Source: Callorhinchus milii (taxonomy: Eukaryota). Taken from it: a stretch of DNA of 64,000 nt. Every line of letters begins with the position of its first letter. Position 1 is the stretch's first letter. Positions 1 to 12,319 of the stretch are shown here, piece after piece. The translations under genes were made by a program, and so were the position numbers. The notes beneath the pieces are model-generated. The model had not been told where the DNA came from. It was given only the letters and a program-made list of their open reading frames with translations, and did not search any database. The stretch is from contig NW_024704743.1 in the NCBI RefSeq assembly GCF_018977255.1, forward strand, positions 77,192,001 to 77,256,000, in the 5' to 3' direction.

Positions 1-1298
1 CATGTACTCCCATTAAACAGAAATACAACAAAGGAGATAGTCTCTGAAATACAGAACAAGTCAAGCACCAGGGCAAGGAACCGCAATATTTTATGAATTT
101 CTCTATTCAAATGCAAATGTACAATGTTAAATGGCCAAAATGATTTGGTATTTCCTAAATGGTAAAGAATATTACTACTGTAATAAGATTAATCGTAAGA
201 CCAGAAGTCAACAATGCCGTTCATGGCTGCCTGAATGCATTACCAACTAAAATCAAAACTCAAGTGGCTACACTGACTTTTTAACAATTCACAGGAATAT
301 GTAAGCAATGCATGCACATTCTGATACAAAATCAGGGCCACTTTTAGATGCCACTGGAATTGTAAAGTTCAGGACATAAAATTCTTAATTTGCCTAACAT
401 CTGAATCAGCGTGCAGTACACACTTTCATTAGTGGTGAGAGACTGAGAAGGAGAAATATAGCAAGGGATGAGGGGATCCCTGCAGCCTTAATGGAGGTGC
501 CATTCTTTGGATAATCTTTAAATTGAATGCACCCAGGCGGGTATTAAAAATCCCATGATAATACTAAAAAGAAAAGAGAATTTCTCTTATAATTCTGGCC
601 TACAATCCTCCAGTTAAAGTTATTCACCTCAGGAATATTTGTGAGAACTTGTTGTGCACAAAACAGTTGCAACATTTGATTAGAAAAACTGTCAATGCAC
701 TTGACAATATCATTGTAAAGCACAATGACAGGCATGAATAGGCACTGTAAAATAAGTTCTTTCATTAAAATTGGGCTCAACTTCTATGCAAACTAAATCT
801 GAAGTTACTGATATGACCTGACAGTGGAATGCTGCCACCAGTCCCATGGACGTCCAGCTCTTACTGTTTGTAACTGTGCTGCTGTTTGTGCAACTCATTT
901 CAAACTTTTGGCAGCAAGAAAACCAAAATGCATTTCTGGTCTTTGGAGAATAGCAAAACAAAATATGCAGCAGATCTCAAGCTACTTAAACCAGTGTCAC
1001 CATCTCCCCTCTGTATCTCCCACAAATACTAGGGAACCTAACTCAACTGTATCACTGTAGGGAAATATTAACAGAGCAAAAACTTTGCCGAAAGCAGAAA
1101 GAAACCAGAGGACTTTTACCAACACCTTCTCAGCCAGAAAAAGTAGTCCTAACAAGACAGATGGCTGAGGTACTGAGACAGATAAATGAGTGTGATACAC
1201 AAAACGATTCTATAGATTTTCCAAAAATAAAAGGGAAACATTTGAGGAAAGGACTTTTGAAACTGTAAAAAGTAAACCACAAATTAGGTGGTCTAGAG

Positions 1299-1452
1299 CA
1301 GTGATGGCCAACCTTTATGGTCGGCCAACAAAATACATTTTCTTTTTGTAAAATGAAAACTAACTGTCAAACATAGACTTACCAAGTCTTGTGCAAATCT
1401 TTTCGGGGAGGGTGTGGGGGTTCTTGACGGCCCTGCGGGTCAGCCACCACTG
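1299..1452. mobile_element. Degenerate hAT/Charlie-like MITE
   Basis: Imperfect terminal inverted repeats CAGTGATGGCCAACCT ... GGGTCAGCCACCACTG. The left flank GTCTAGAG fits the Charlie NTCTAGAN target preference, but the right flank matches it at only 4/8. Confidence 0.4.
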
Positions 1453-3529
1453 GCTCAGTGTAGTACCAGTACCAGTCTGCAGTACTGGGAAGCTAGCCAC
1501 TTCCTCAGTGCAATAGCTTCCATAACCAGCAGAATTTTCTGTGGACCTATTTTCTGATAGTCAATTTCAGAAATTTTGCAATAATAGCTAGCTTGGGCAA
1601 GAGAAAAAAAGTACTTTATATTGATTGTACTTTGCCAGAAACTTTTTAAATTAAAAAGTTGAAAGGCAACATGAAATCTTGGCAGTTTGAGGTATTTAGA
1701 GCAGAAAAGATGCACTTCCCTGATCTACAGATCACCACGGATTTCAAAATTAACCCCTATTCCTTAATATACTCATAAAAGGGAGCATTCTCATCTCCAA
1801 AACAGCATCCATTATGATAAATGTTTAATTTTCCAATTCCCTTTCCACCTCACAGCAGGATAAAGCAGGACAGTCAAAAGTAAAAAAAATCCTCAAATAA
1901 TTAAAAAGCGATAAGGGTAATATTGTAAAACACATTTACCACAATGCATGAATTGAAAATTAGAAAATCTGCTGCCATATCCTAGTATTTAGCTCAATCT
2001 ATTACATTTTCATTTCTCCATTAAAGTCTGTGAAACAACTTGCACTTTAATACAACTGCCATATGAAAAAATGTCTCAAATGCTTTTGATAAATGAGGTG
2101 GTGCAATAAAAGAGTCAAAGCATGGAACAATATAAAGATGATTATCACAGGCAATGTTCTAATGAGATTTCTGAAGGCAGGAAAGGTGGCAAGATGAAGT
2201 GGGTTTGGAAGAGTTCCAAAGGAGCATGGTAAAGCAAGGCTCAGTCACTGATAATTGAACAAGGGATGTTGGTACTAAAAAAAATCATTACACTTGATGT
2301 AACACCTTTCTCGCCACGAGGATGCCTTAAAGTGCTCTACAGGGAATACTGTAAAATGGAGTGATTATGTATTTGGTAGGTGAATGCAACAGCCACTTTG
2401 CACACAGCATTGTGTCAATTCGCTTGCAATCCATCGTAAAAAATGGAAGCATTTATTGAGTGAGTATGTGGTTGACCCAGTAATTAACCAAACACCCTGG
2501 TCTCCTCAGGGGCGGTGCATCAATTAGATTAGCAGTTCTATGAACAAATAAAGTTTATAATTAATAAATTGGGAAGGCAAAGGGGACCCTCCTCAAAACT
2601 CAAGGTTCTATATAAGAACAATCAATAATTGGTCTGATTTTTCCTTACATCAGATGACCAAATCAGAAATTCAGTGTACATAACTGCATTAAGACATCTC
2701 ACACTGCTGTGCAAGTAGCACTACTATTTAATAAATTGCAATAAAATCACTGCTGATCCCACAAGGCAGGTTGGTCCAACGCAAGCCACATCCAGCAGGG
2801 GTGATGACTCCATCTGACCCATGAACCATTTACGCACCCAGTACCTGGGGCTCCGTACCCATGTCCCAACAACCCCCTCTCCCATTGCTCGGGCTACTTT
2901 TTAAAGAATAATCCTTGCATTTGATACAGAATAATCTCTGTACCCAGGTGCCTGATTTCAGTATCTGCAACCACACTCCCTGATCCGTGCCCAGCTTCTC
3001 GTCCCTTGTGCCAGGCGAACGAGACAATGTAATCCACCCGGGTTCTAGTGCCCGCACTGTACTCAGTGCCCTGCAGTTCTTCAGGCTCCATATACCGAGT
3101 TGATATCTTGCGTTTTGATTTTAATACATAAAAATTAAGTAATACAGTTACACAATTTAAAACCTAGGATTTTTACACGATTCTTACTCATTGCATTTCT
3201 CGAAGGGAAACACTAAAATATTGCTTATGCGGCCAGAGACTTTTCTCAAATCCACCATCCAGCTCTCAGCAGCCAAAGGTTGGACCACCCCACCACAAGT
3301 CATAAAGAAGCCAAGCACCTAAACCAAAGCTGATTCTTTAAAAATTGGATTCAGCAAAAGAGTTTTCAATTACAACAGTTTCAAAACTCAAAGAGTCAAT
3401 CTATTTTCTACAGCAAGTACCATAGTTTAATAACCTGGTTACATTTTACACTGTGTACTGGAACAGATTTGAGAAAATCCCTGAAGTCCAATACATCACT
3501 TCCGAAGAGGGAAACGGAAAGAACTTTTT

Positions 3530-3960
3530 AACTTCACTCTTGAATTGGCTCCCCTTCACTCAGAAGATACAGTTCAAGATCCCTGTCGTCATCTTCAAAG
3601 CCCTCCACTGCCTTGCTCCTTCCTACCTCTGTGATTTCCTAATCCCCTACCAACCTGTCTGCTCCCTCCACTCAGCGGGCTCCGGCTTGCTACACGTCCT
3701 CTGCTTTCCCCAACCCACCACTGGCGGGCGGACCTTCAGCCTCTGCCCCCACCCTCTGGAACTCCATCTCACAGTCCCTCCGCCTCACCCCTTCCCTTGC
3801 CTCCTTCAATAACCTCTTCGTTGACTGTGCCATCGGTCACCTCCTACCGGCCCTCCACACTTCCTGATCCCAACCCAAGTCGGGTACAGATCCCTGACTG
3901 TCCAGCATCTTGGGTCATCCTCCTGACAGGCACTATACAAATGTAATTTGCTGTTGTTGC
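3530..3960 (+). mobile_element. L2-clade LINE 3' fragment
   Basis: Translates to LNWLPFTQKIQFKIPVVIFKALHCLAPSYLCD (L2 ORF2 C-terminus) and ends in the tail ...tatacaaatgtaatttgctgttgttg shared with other copies here. Confidence 0.8.
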
Positions 3961-3992
3961 AAATAAATCAGGTTGATTTGAATCACTAATAA

Positions 3993-4180
3993 AGTCCTGT
4001 AACTAAGTGTTTGGAGTCTCGCCTCGCAAGCAAGAGACCTTGGTTCGATTCCCGGCAGGGCAAAATGTCGGGCAAGTTTCTTTACTCCACATGCCTCTGT
4101 TTACCTAGCAAGTAAGAAGGAATCCAGTTTTTGGTCCGTAGCCGGATCACTTTTCCAGGGGTAATAACTCCTTAAAAAAA
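3993..4180 (+). mobile_element. tRNA-derived SINE, 5' half
   Basis: Head gtcctgtaactaagtgtttggag...ggttcgattcccgg with A/B-box-like motifs, homologous to copies at 7090, 22100, 31395 and 31717. Confidence 0.75.
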
Positions 4181-4189
4181 ACTGTTTTG

Positions 4190-4400
4190 AGAAGAGAGGA
4201 GGTCAGAGAGGTAGGGGGTGCAGAGGAGTGGAGGGATTTGAAGACAAGGGTGAGGATCTTGAAGTCGATCCTCTCTGGGACAGGCAGCCAGTGCAATCTG
4301 GCAAGGACTGGGGTTATCGGGGAGTTTGGTGCGGGTAAGAATGCGGGCGGCAGAGTTTTGGATGACCTGGATTTTGTGAATGGTAGTAGAGGGGAGAATC
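4190..4400 (-). mobile_element. L2-clade LINE fragment
   Basis: Minus-strand translation KIQVIQNSAARILTRTK. Confidence 0.75.
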
Positions 4401-4689
4401 ATAGAAAATAATGAAAAGTTATAGTGAAATAACCTAACATTTCTGCAACTACTTCACCACTGCAGAGTCCTCCAACACAAGTTGCAGCACTCAATAACTC
4501 TATACTAATGGATATTTGTCTTTGGGGAGGAGAAGGCACATAGTAGGGGCAAGAGTATTAAAGTTAGGTTAAGGATAATGGGTGTAGAGACTTGTATTAG
4601 CTAACTCAGGCTGGAATCAGGAAATAACAATGTATTGACATAGCAACCTATATATTCTACAGAGAAGTAGGAAAGTAGGATAACATCTC

Positions 4690-4968
4690 CCTTGAAAGGC
4701 GTTCTATAAATTTAGAATTGCTGTTGTTATTCGGGTACTGAGTGGAGCTCCACCATCAGCAGCCGCGCTTTCAGCCACTACAGCCAGAAACTTTGGAACT
4801 CAACCCCTCCACCTTGGCTCCTCCTTCCCCATTTTCAGATCACGCCTGAAGACCTTCCTCTTCCAGTCTGTTTACAGTCACCTCCTCCCCCCCCCACCCC
4901 CGGGCTCAGCATCAACCACTATTAAGCGCTCCGATGCACTCCCCTATATAAATGCAAGTTGTTGTTGA
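4690..4968 (+). mobile_element. L2-clade LINE 3' tail fragments
   Basis: Degenerate L2 C-terminal coding sequence and tail ending tatataaatgcaagttgttgttg. Confidence 0.6.
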
Positions 4969-5059
4969 GGTGTAAATCCCAGGCCCTTCAAAGCTGGTCT
5001 GTACTGACCCTCCCTCCCGGGGTCTGGTGAGATGGACTCGGGCAGGGGGTGGTACTCAC

Positions 5060-5206
5060 CGGCCGGCTGGGGTACACCTTGGACAGGTGGCTCTTGAGCT
5101 TCTCCACCGTCCAGTTGAGGAAGCAGCTGATGGTCTGGTCGTTGTATTTCTGGTTGGGCGCTTTGATGACCAGAGTCACCGGGCTGTCCAACACCCGCGG
5201 GTCCAT
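5060..5206 (-). CDS. HERPUD2: HERPUD2 first coding exon (ubiquitin-like domain N-terminus, 49 codons)
   Basis: MDPRVLDSPVTLVIKAPNQKYNDQTISCFLNWTVEKLKSHLSKVYPSRP resembles the HERPUD2 N-terminus (DQTISCFLNWTV is HERPUD2-type rather than HERPUD1). Kozak gccATGG; donor CCG|GTGAGT at 5059; upstream acceptor cccctcccAG at 5257-5258. Confidence 0.92.
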
Positions 5207-5214
5207 GGCTCATA

Positions 5215-5645
5215 ATCCGAGGCCCGCCCGGGGGGGCCGTGTAGCGAGAGCGGGGCCTGGGAGGGGAGGGGGGTCCTCGGGTGTTTACAGGGCCTCACTC
5301 ACTTGCAGCGTCGCCGCATCTCCGGGGTGATAGGTGTCCGGCCGCGGCCTCCCACTCACATCTCCCTCGAGCCGGGGAGAGGCCGCGCTCTCTGCGCGCC
5401 ACGAGCGGCTGTTGCCGGGCGGCTCCCGTCGCCGTCTCTCTCCGTGTCCTCGGGGCGGGGTGGGGTGGGGCGGGAGCCGGTGCCGGAGCCCTGGCGTGTC
5501 TCCGCGGGGGGGAGGGAAGGGGTCGGTCTCCGGCTCTAAGATGGCCGCCGAGTGGGGGCGGGGCCAAGATCCGGACGCGTCACAAAGTGCGAACACGTCA
5601 CCCGCCGCCGCCCCCTCTTCAGTTGTGCGGTGACGTCATTCCTGT
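5215..5645 (-). promoter_or_regulatory. HERPUD2 CpG-island promoter and 5' UTR
   Basis: GC/CpG-rich. YY1-like AAGATGGCCGCC 5538-5549, GC box about 5554-5563, TGACGTGT (minus) about 5593-5600, palindromic CRE TGACGTCA 5631-5638. Candidate UTR-exon donors GTGAGT at 5302 and 5359. Confidence 0.8.
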
Positions 5646-5667
5646 CATATCATAAATATAACAACGT

Positions 5668-5703
5668 AATAATAATAATATTAATAATAATAATAATAAT
5701 AAT
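5668..5703. repeat. (AAT)n microsatellite
   Basis: taataataataatattaataataataataataataat. Confidence 0.9.
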
Positions 5704-5709
5704 CCCTGT

Positions 5710-7010
5710 GTTTAAACAGCGCCTCACACACAGGGCAGCGCTTGCAGGGGCGGAAACTCGACGCCGAACTGGAGGGCGGGGGAAGGTGACCATCGAACGG
5801 GAAGGTCTTCCAGGTGCGACATGAAGATGAGGAAGGAACGGGAAAGGCGGAGGGATAGAGGAAGGGTGTTCCAGAGTGTCGGGATGTTGGCGCTGACGGG
5901 AGCCAATCAGGAGAGCCTCGGTCTTGTTGACGTTCAACTGAAGAAAGTTAGCTCTCATCCGGGACTCGATGTCTGACAGATATTCTATCAGGACAGCAGT
6001 GGTCCTGGAGTCAAGGGTGGAGGCAGATAGACAGAGTTGGGTGTCATCCACACATATGTGGAAGTTGATCCCATGTCTGTGGATAATGTCACCAAGAGGG
6101 AGCATGTACAGTTTGAAGAGGAAAGGACCGAGCCCTGAGGAACACTGCATGAGACGGTGCGGGGGCTGGAGGAGAAAGTGGAGCCAGTGTGAGAGATATG
6201 ATCTAAAACCATTCAAGGACAGAACTTTAAAGGTTAAGGTGAGAGGAAAGGTGGTGGAGGAGGATGGAGTGGTCCACAGTATCAAAGGCAGTAGAGAGGT
6301 CAAAGAGGATGAGGAGACAGGGGTATTTCTGGTCAAAGATAGACAGAATATCATTTGTCACCTTGACTGGGGCTGTTTCCTTTCTGTGGACAGCACAGAA
6401 ATCCAATTGGAGGGGTTTCTCCCACAAATATACGGTCAATTCACTTTACAGTATATTTTGTGAAGCATTTTGAGACGTCTAGAAAATGTGGAAAGCACTA
6501 TATCAAAATGCAAGGATAAGGATTATTCGTAAAAGGAGAGGAAGGAGTGAAGCTGGGAAGCTACAACTCTTTGAAGGACCTTGTAAAGGAAAGGGAATTT
6601 GGAGATGGGGCGGTAGTTAGTGAGCGGGGATGGGTGCAGGGAAGGTTTTTTGGGGGATAGGGCTGATGACAGCTGTTTTGGGTGGTGGGGGTGTGTGGGA
6701 TTGGTGCCAGTTGACAGGGAGGGATTGACGAGGTCTGAGAGTAAAGGGGCGAGGAGGTGGAGCTGGGAGTTAAGGAGATGGGTAGAGATGGGATCGAGGG
6801 AGCAGGTGGTGGGCTTCATGAGGGTTATAGTGGTGGTGAGAGAGGAAGAGGAGACAGGTTCGAAGATGTGGAGAGAGGGATGGCTAGAGGCCGGAGTGTG
6901 AGGGAGAGATGAGTTTGGCGATTGGGAGGGCGGAGGCGGCCCCTCGATTTTGGTCTCAAGGAAATCAAGCATCTCCATGCAGTTGGAGTTGGAGGAGAGA
7001 ATGGGCGAGG
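5710..7010 (-). mobile_element. L2-clade LINE RT region (frameshifted), interrupted by a SINE 3' half at about 6420-6527
   Basis: Motifs TCSLDPI, NYRPISKFPFLYKVLQRVVASQL, FDLSTAFDTVDH, VPQGSVL, VDDTQL and NFLQLNVNKTE across several frames. Confidence 0.9.
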
Positions 7011-7089
7011 CGTGAGAGGGTGGACAAAGGAGCCAGTTGGTAGTAATAAGTCAACCCTGGATCATGTCATCACATGGCTGATATCATTG

Positions 7090-7428
7090 AGTCCTGGAGT
7101 TTAGTGGCAAGAGCACTCACCTCGCAAGGGAAAAGACCTGGATTTGATTCCTGGGCAGGGTGGAACGTTGGGCAAGTTTACTTACTCCACACAACTGTTT
7201 ACCTACCAATAAGTAGGAACCCAGTTGTTAGTCGATTGGCGGATCACTTTTTAATAATCCCTTAAAAAGAATTGGTCACTCAATACATGACTTTGTGGGT
7301 TACTGCTGTACTGCTTCGTTTCAGCAACAAAATCAATTCACTTTACAATGTATTCTGTGAAGCACTTTGAGGCCTTTCAAGGATGTGATAAAGCGTTATA
7401 TGAATTGCAAGGATTATTATTATTATTT
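7090..7428 (+). mobile_element. Full-length tRNA-derived SINE
   Basis: tRNA-like head, shared body, and tail ...tgcaaggattattattattatt. Confidence 0.8.
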
Positions 7429-8082
7429 TCATGCTGTCAATATCCCAGCCGCTTCCCATTGCAAAAGTGTGAATAGGGTCCCCTTTGTTTCATTACTTAC
7501 TTTTAATGTATAGTCGTATTCTATAAATCCCAGTGAGTAAGGATATATTCTGGATATATGATCGTAATGAATTTAGCTACACCGCCCAGAAATATGAACT
7601 CTTGGGATAAGCGGGTAAGTCATGTTCAGCCAGCCACTTGGTAGGCTGTTTTGACTGTTGTGGTAAGATCTCTGTGAGTAGAAATTAATCTATGAGGTTC
7701 TGCCTGATTGTTAAGAGTCTGAGTGATTCAGGTTGTTAAAATGAGCAAAATGAACAAACGCAGATGGCTAAACTTAACTGAAACCAGTTTTAACAACTAA
7801 GGTGAAAGTCGTGGGGGCTGGTGCGTCTGCCCACACTGAAAAGCTACTCACTCTGCTAAGGCACAGTGAAGGTCCTCCCAGCCACCACAACCCTCCATGG
7901 TTACCCTAGATAAAGTCACTGAGCTCTTTTCCCTTGGAGTGACGATATATCAGGAATTTACTGTAATCCCTTGCACTGTGGACACTAGAGATTCCCTGGG
8001 TAGCTGAGTATGGCTCCATGGAAACATGATCTCGTAATCATAGTAAACCTGTATGGGGTTCTCAGTAGTATGCATTATACTC

Positions 8083-8395
8083 GCTGCACAAGCAGCGGAA
8101 AAACTTGCCAGACAGTGCTCCCGATGACAAGCGGTGTGGTTTAGCTGGTTAGACTCTCGTAGAAACCCCAAGGTACATTCTGGGGTCCCCAAGCCATGGC
8201 TCTTGTTAATTTGTGCCTAATCCTTTCTGAAATTGTGTAATAAGGATTCATCCCTCCAGGGAAAGCGTGAGCATTCCATTTCCAATAAACATCTTTGGAA
8301 TTTCCATTTATAGGTGGGATGCACGGAATTCTGTTTGGTTTGGATACTCTTAAGCATGGTGATAGGATTCTCCATGTATTAGACACTCAGCTGAC
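8083..8395 (+). repeat. Unclassified dispersed repeat, copy 1
   Basis: Aligns by eye with 21570-21697 plus 22415-22568 (e.g. ggggtccccaagcc-tggctcttg; taggtgggatgca; actcttaagcatggtgat). Confidence 0.7.
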
Positions 8396-8857
8396 CCCAA
8401 AAAGGAATATTCCTAAAGCATTTTCTAAAGCAGCTCCTAAAGCAGAGACTCTCATGCACATAGGTAACAAAAGACGATTAATTTTTATTACAAACGAAAC
8501 ATAGCACTTCAAGGAATTCATAGAACTGCAAAGTTCAATGATTGCATCGTTGACTTAAATCATTATAATTTATATTTATTTGTATTTAATTTAAATTCTT
8601 GACTTATATGTCTTTTTCTGTTTTCGGACATCGAGATAATCAATCTCACAGAAATTGGATTTTAAGCAGATGTAGAAGATTCCTACAAAATAAATGAATG
8701 CTATGCTTTGCCTTTTTTAAAAAATCTTTTCACCACAACATTTGCATATACCTTTGGGTTTATACTCCCTTAGAAATCAGCCATTTCCAGAAAGAGGGTG
8801 GGTACCCCTAATATGGTGGTTGTTTAGAAAGTCATTGAGATGAATTGGCAGAAAACC

Positions 8858-9005
8858 ATAATAATAATCCTTGCATTTAATATAGCACCTTATCACATCT
8901 TTGAGACGTCTCAAAGCGCTTTACAGAATATACTATAAAGTGAATTGACTGTATATTTTGTGGGCGAAGCGCGGGCACCAATTGCGCACCGCAGTGTCCC
9001 ACAAT
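8858..9005 (-). mobile_element. tRNA-SINE 3' half
   Basis: Reverse complement of the shared SINE body and tail (ataataatccttgcatt...). Confidence 0.8.
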
Positions 9006-9604
9006 TTATTGGTCACTTCAATCCGCAGTTGAGGTCCATTCAGCAGCTCAGAAAAAAAAACTACAAAAGAAATATCATTAACCAGTAAATTGCATTTGCA
9101 GTGGTAAATATAAATTTTATTATTTTGATAAAAAAATTAAATCCTCATTTTCCAAAGTAGTTGTTTGCCAACCCATTTAAAATCTTGATAGGATTTATTT
9201 TATCCCTAAAGTTGTATTTGCCTTCTGTTTAATTTAGAAATTGTTCCTTTCAGAGACTCAATTTTTATTAGAAAGAATTGAAAATATTCTAATGGAATAG
9301 TCTTAGCTTGCACATGTCTGTAAATTACATAACTTACTGTGGATGATTTGCTATGTATTTCATGTTTTTTTTTAATTCTGTCATCCAAGAGCTTTAAATA
9401 TAAGGCAAATCAGGCCTGCACATTTTGAAGAAATTAAACATGTAAAGGTTTGGAATATGGAGTAGGGCAAAGGCTGCAATTATTTAACCAGAAATGTGAT
9501 GACCGGTGAAATTAAAATTAAAACATGTATTCCAATTTAAAACATTTTTAACAATGTTATTGTTACTGTACCAAAGTGGATAAAAAAACTAAACATGCTG
9601 CAAT

Positions 9605-10230
9605 GTTCACAACTTGCATTTATATAGCGCCTTTCACCCTGGGTAGCGTCCCGGAGCGCTTCAGTGGCAGAGTGTGACAAAGAGCTGGGGAGGACGGGGG
9701 AGGTTACCTTTAGCACAATCAAAAATTAAGGTCTTTAGGCGGGACTTGAAGGTGGGGAGGGAGGGAGGGGGCAAGGCAGAGGGATTGAGAGAGAGAGTTC
9801 CAGAATTTCGGGGCATAATGGCTGAAGGCACAGCTACCGATGGTGGAACAGAGGGCACAAGCGCTCTGAGATGCTACCCTGCATGGAGAGTGCCATATAA
9901 GTGCAAGTTGTTGTTGTTCAGGGACAAACAGGAGGGCAGAGCCAGCCAAACGGAGGCAGTGGGCGGTGGTGAGCAGGTCAGATAGACAGGGAGATACGAG
10001 GGCATGAAGTGATTGAAAACGAGGATCTTAAAATCGATTTGTTCAGTAATTGGGAGCCATTAGAGCCTCACGAGGACTGATGTGGTGCAGCTAGAGTTTT
10101 GTGCGGCTGAGTATCCGGGCAGCAGAGTTTTCAATTAAGTGGATTTGTGTACGGTGGTGCTGGGGAGGAGGGCATTGGAATAGACTTGCCGGGAAGTGAC
10201 AATGAATGGACGAAGGTTTCAGCTGTGTCA
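9605..10230 (-). mobile_element. L2-clade LINE 3' fragments
   Basis: Tail acaacttgcatttatatagcgcc; translations AFSHYAPKFWNSL and FKSRLKTLIF. Confidence 0.7.
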
Positions 10231-10396
10231 GTCGTGACTACTTTGAAAATTAGTTGTATGGGAATGAAGAAATGTAACATTATTCTCTAATTAATGTTTA
10301 GAGAGGAGAAAGGAAATTATTTGCAATGCATTAAGTACTCAATCACAAATCCATTGGTAACCTCTTCCTTTTTGTTTTTACAACTATCTTCTTCTA

Positions 10397-11173
10397 TCTA
10401 TATATTATATATATTTATACTAAAACAATGTCTGACTGCGCTTCAAGAAGATCTCAATAACCGATTGAGACATGATTTATACCTCATCGGAAAGGTCTTG
10501 CATCTGGGAGTGACATGAGCATTACTGTTTTCGGGTATCTCCTATCGTTCATGAGTTTTGTCCTAAAATGTATTTCAATTTTGCGTTTTTTCGCTGCAGT
10601 TACATCTGGTGGCCACCGAGTCAAAGTGGTGCTACGGAATCGTGTGCTACAGAGCACTTACGTATGTACGCACACACTGCAGTTACACCTAGTGGCCGGG
10701 TCGGCTGACCATGGCACTGTGGCATCCTGCGTCAGAGGCCCCAAGCCAAGCAACGGCGGGTACAAAATAAAGAACACAGACAAAGCTAAGCCGCGGCTAC
10801 CACAAAATTACATTTTTAAAGCGCCTTTCATGCCTGGAGGACATCCCAGTGATTATAAGTTATACATTTAGATGTATCATTATAAAGATGCCTAAATGAA
10901 AATCAAACCTTTCAAGGATGAGTGAAAATGCTAAACAAAAGAGAAGGCCAATTAAATGAAACTAAAGAACAACAGCACGGCTGCACTTCAATGCTGAAAG
11001 GACTGCACAGCACGCCAAAATGAGTTGCCCACTCAAAGAACAGCATGGCCAAAATGAGTCCTCCCAGATGAGTATAGATAAAGATGAAAATATCTGTGTG
11101 TCTGTCTGCGTGTTAATCTACATTCCATATTGGATCCTTTGGTTGCAAGAGTAGCTGCAACCGGTACAGCTAG
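10397..11173 (+). mobile_element. Non-autonomous Helitron-like element, copy A
   Basis: 3' hairpin GGTTGCA..TGCAACC (11141-11162), then CTAG|T at 11170-11174. Internal blocks are colinear with the reverse complement of 15149-15785. The 5' boundary is approximate. Confidence 0.6.
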
Positions 11174-11402
11174 TAGTAAATAAGTCAAATATCAAACTGA
11201 AGTTAGGAAACAGAAAACATGACAAAAAAGTTTCCGCTTTAGTTTACAAGTCTTGTCATAGATAATATAAAATACAATAAAAAAGAGGCACCTAATCCAA
11301 GCGTTTATATAAATATGAAATTTTGCAAATATGCTGATATCCATTTATGTTATTCCACACTGAAGCACATTGGAAGTTACTGACTGAGGAAACATGGACA
11401 CT

Positions 11403-11574
11403 TCAATATCTGTATTTTGTAGAATAATCTTTCGGAGAAACTACAAGACCTCTTCCTTTACGAGCTCCTCTATAAACTGTCTCCACAATGTCAATCATTT
11501 CCTGTTTGTCTTCCATAGGCCAATTAATTTTATTGTTGTTACCAGTGCCCAGATCAATCATAATGTGCTTGTTC
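11403..11574 (-). CDS. TXNL4A: TXNL4A (DIM1, U5-15kD) coding exon 3 with stop
   Basis: (R)NKHIMIDLGTGNNNKINWPMEDKQEMIDIVETVYRGARKGRGLVVSPKDYSTKYRY*; acceptor ttctAG at 11575-11576; 172 nt. Confidence 0.97.
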
Positions 11575-11764
11575 CTAGAAAGAAAAATCAACAATTAACA
11601 GGAATGATGGCTTCATAACAACCTTTTATTTCAACTTTACGCAGTCTGCAACATTTTCCAAATAAAATAGCTTGCCTTTTCAATTAATTGACTTATTCAA
11701 CAATTATAAATTAACAAATTATAGTAGTTTCTAAAGCTGTCTTATGACTATTCCATTATCACTC

Positions 11765-11990
11765 TATTGTAGTGTTGGAGGTGTACTGCATTGTCAGAAG
11801 TCCATCCTTTAGTTAAAATGAGGTCCTGTCTGCTTGTTTAGGTGGATGTTATTAAAGATCCCACAGCACTATTCAAAAAAGGTAGTTTCTTGTCCTGGCC
11901 AACAATCCCCAGATAAAATCGGTCAGTGAACTTCACAGTAATTCCTGTGAAGCACTGTGAGACATTTTGACAACAGGCAAGGATTATTAT
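11765..11990 (+). mobile_element. Deu-domain SINE remnant plus SINE tail
   Basis: gaggtcctgtctgcttgtttaggtggatg...aaagatcccacagcactattcaaa resembles the Deu core of SacSINE/AmnSINE-type elements. Confidence 0.55.
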
Positions 11991-12319
11991 TTTTATATCA
12001 CTTTCAACTAGCAAACTATTCTAGGGCATTATTCCTCTTCTTCGAGCCATATTAAATCAAAATTTACAGCATAGCAATTTAGTTCTAACTTGAAAATGTG
12101 TTCATTGGTGATTAATGGAAATGAAGTGGTCTATGGGGCAAATGGTGCAAATTAGATGACTTGAAAGCAATTTAGTAGAAAAAAAACACACGTTTTGCAA
12201 ACATTCATGTAAGAATGAATAACTTTGAAATGAGTGGTGAGAAATGAAAGCAAAAATCCACAAATATGAAACAAACATCCTGAATTGATAGCACTGTGCT
12301 ATACTAGCAATGACAGCAT

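Noticed and set aside
3993..4070. tRNA genes here and at 7090, 22100, 31395 and 31717
   Set aside because: Degenerate cloverleaves without a proper acceptor stem, each followed by a shared SINE body; these are SINE heads.
1..5059. Further HERPUD2 exons
   Set aside because: No minus-strand segment resembling the next UBL exon (QRLVYSG-type) was found by eye; it is probably outside the window.
5281..5824. Multiple overlapping 80-124 aa ORFs
   Set aside because: By-products of the GC-rich CpG island and the AAT repeat; no recognisable protein.
10593..10700. Repeated GGCCACyAGrTGTAAC as CTCF sites (also 15644)
   Set aside because: Lacks the GGC end of the CTCF core; better explained as an internal motif of the Helitron-like family.
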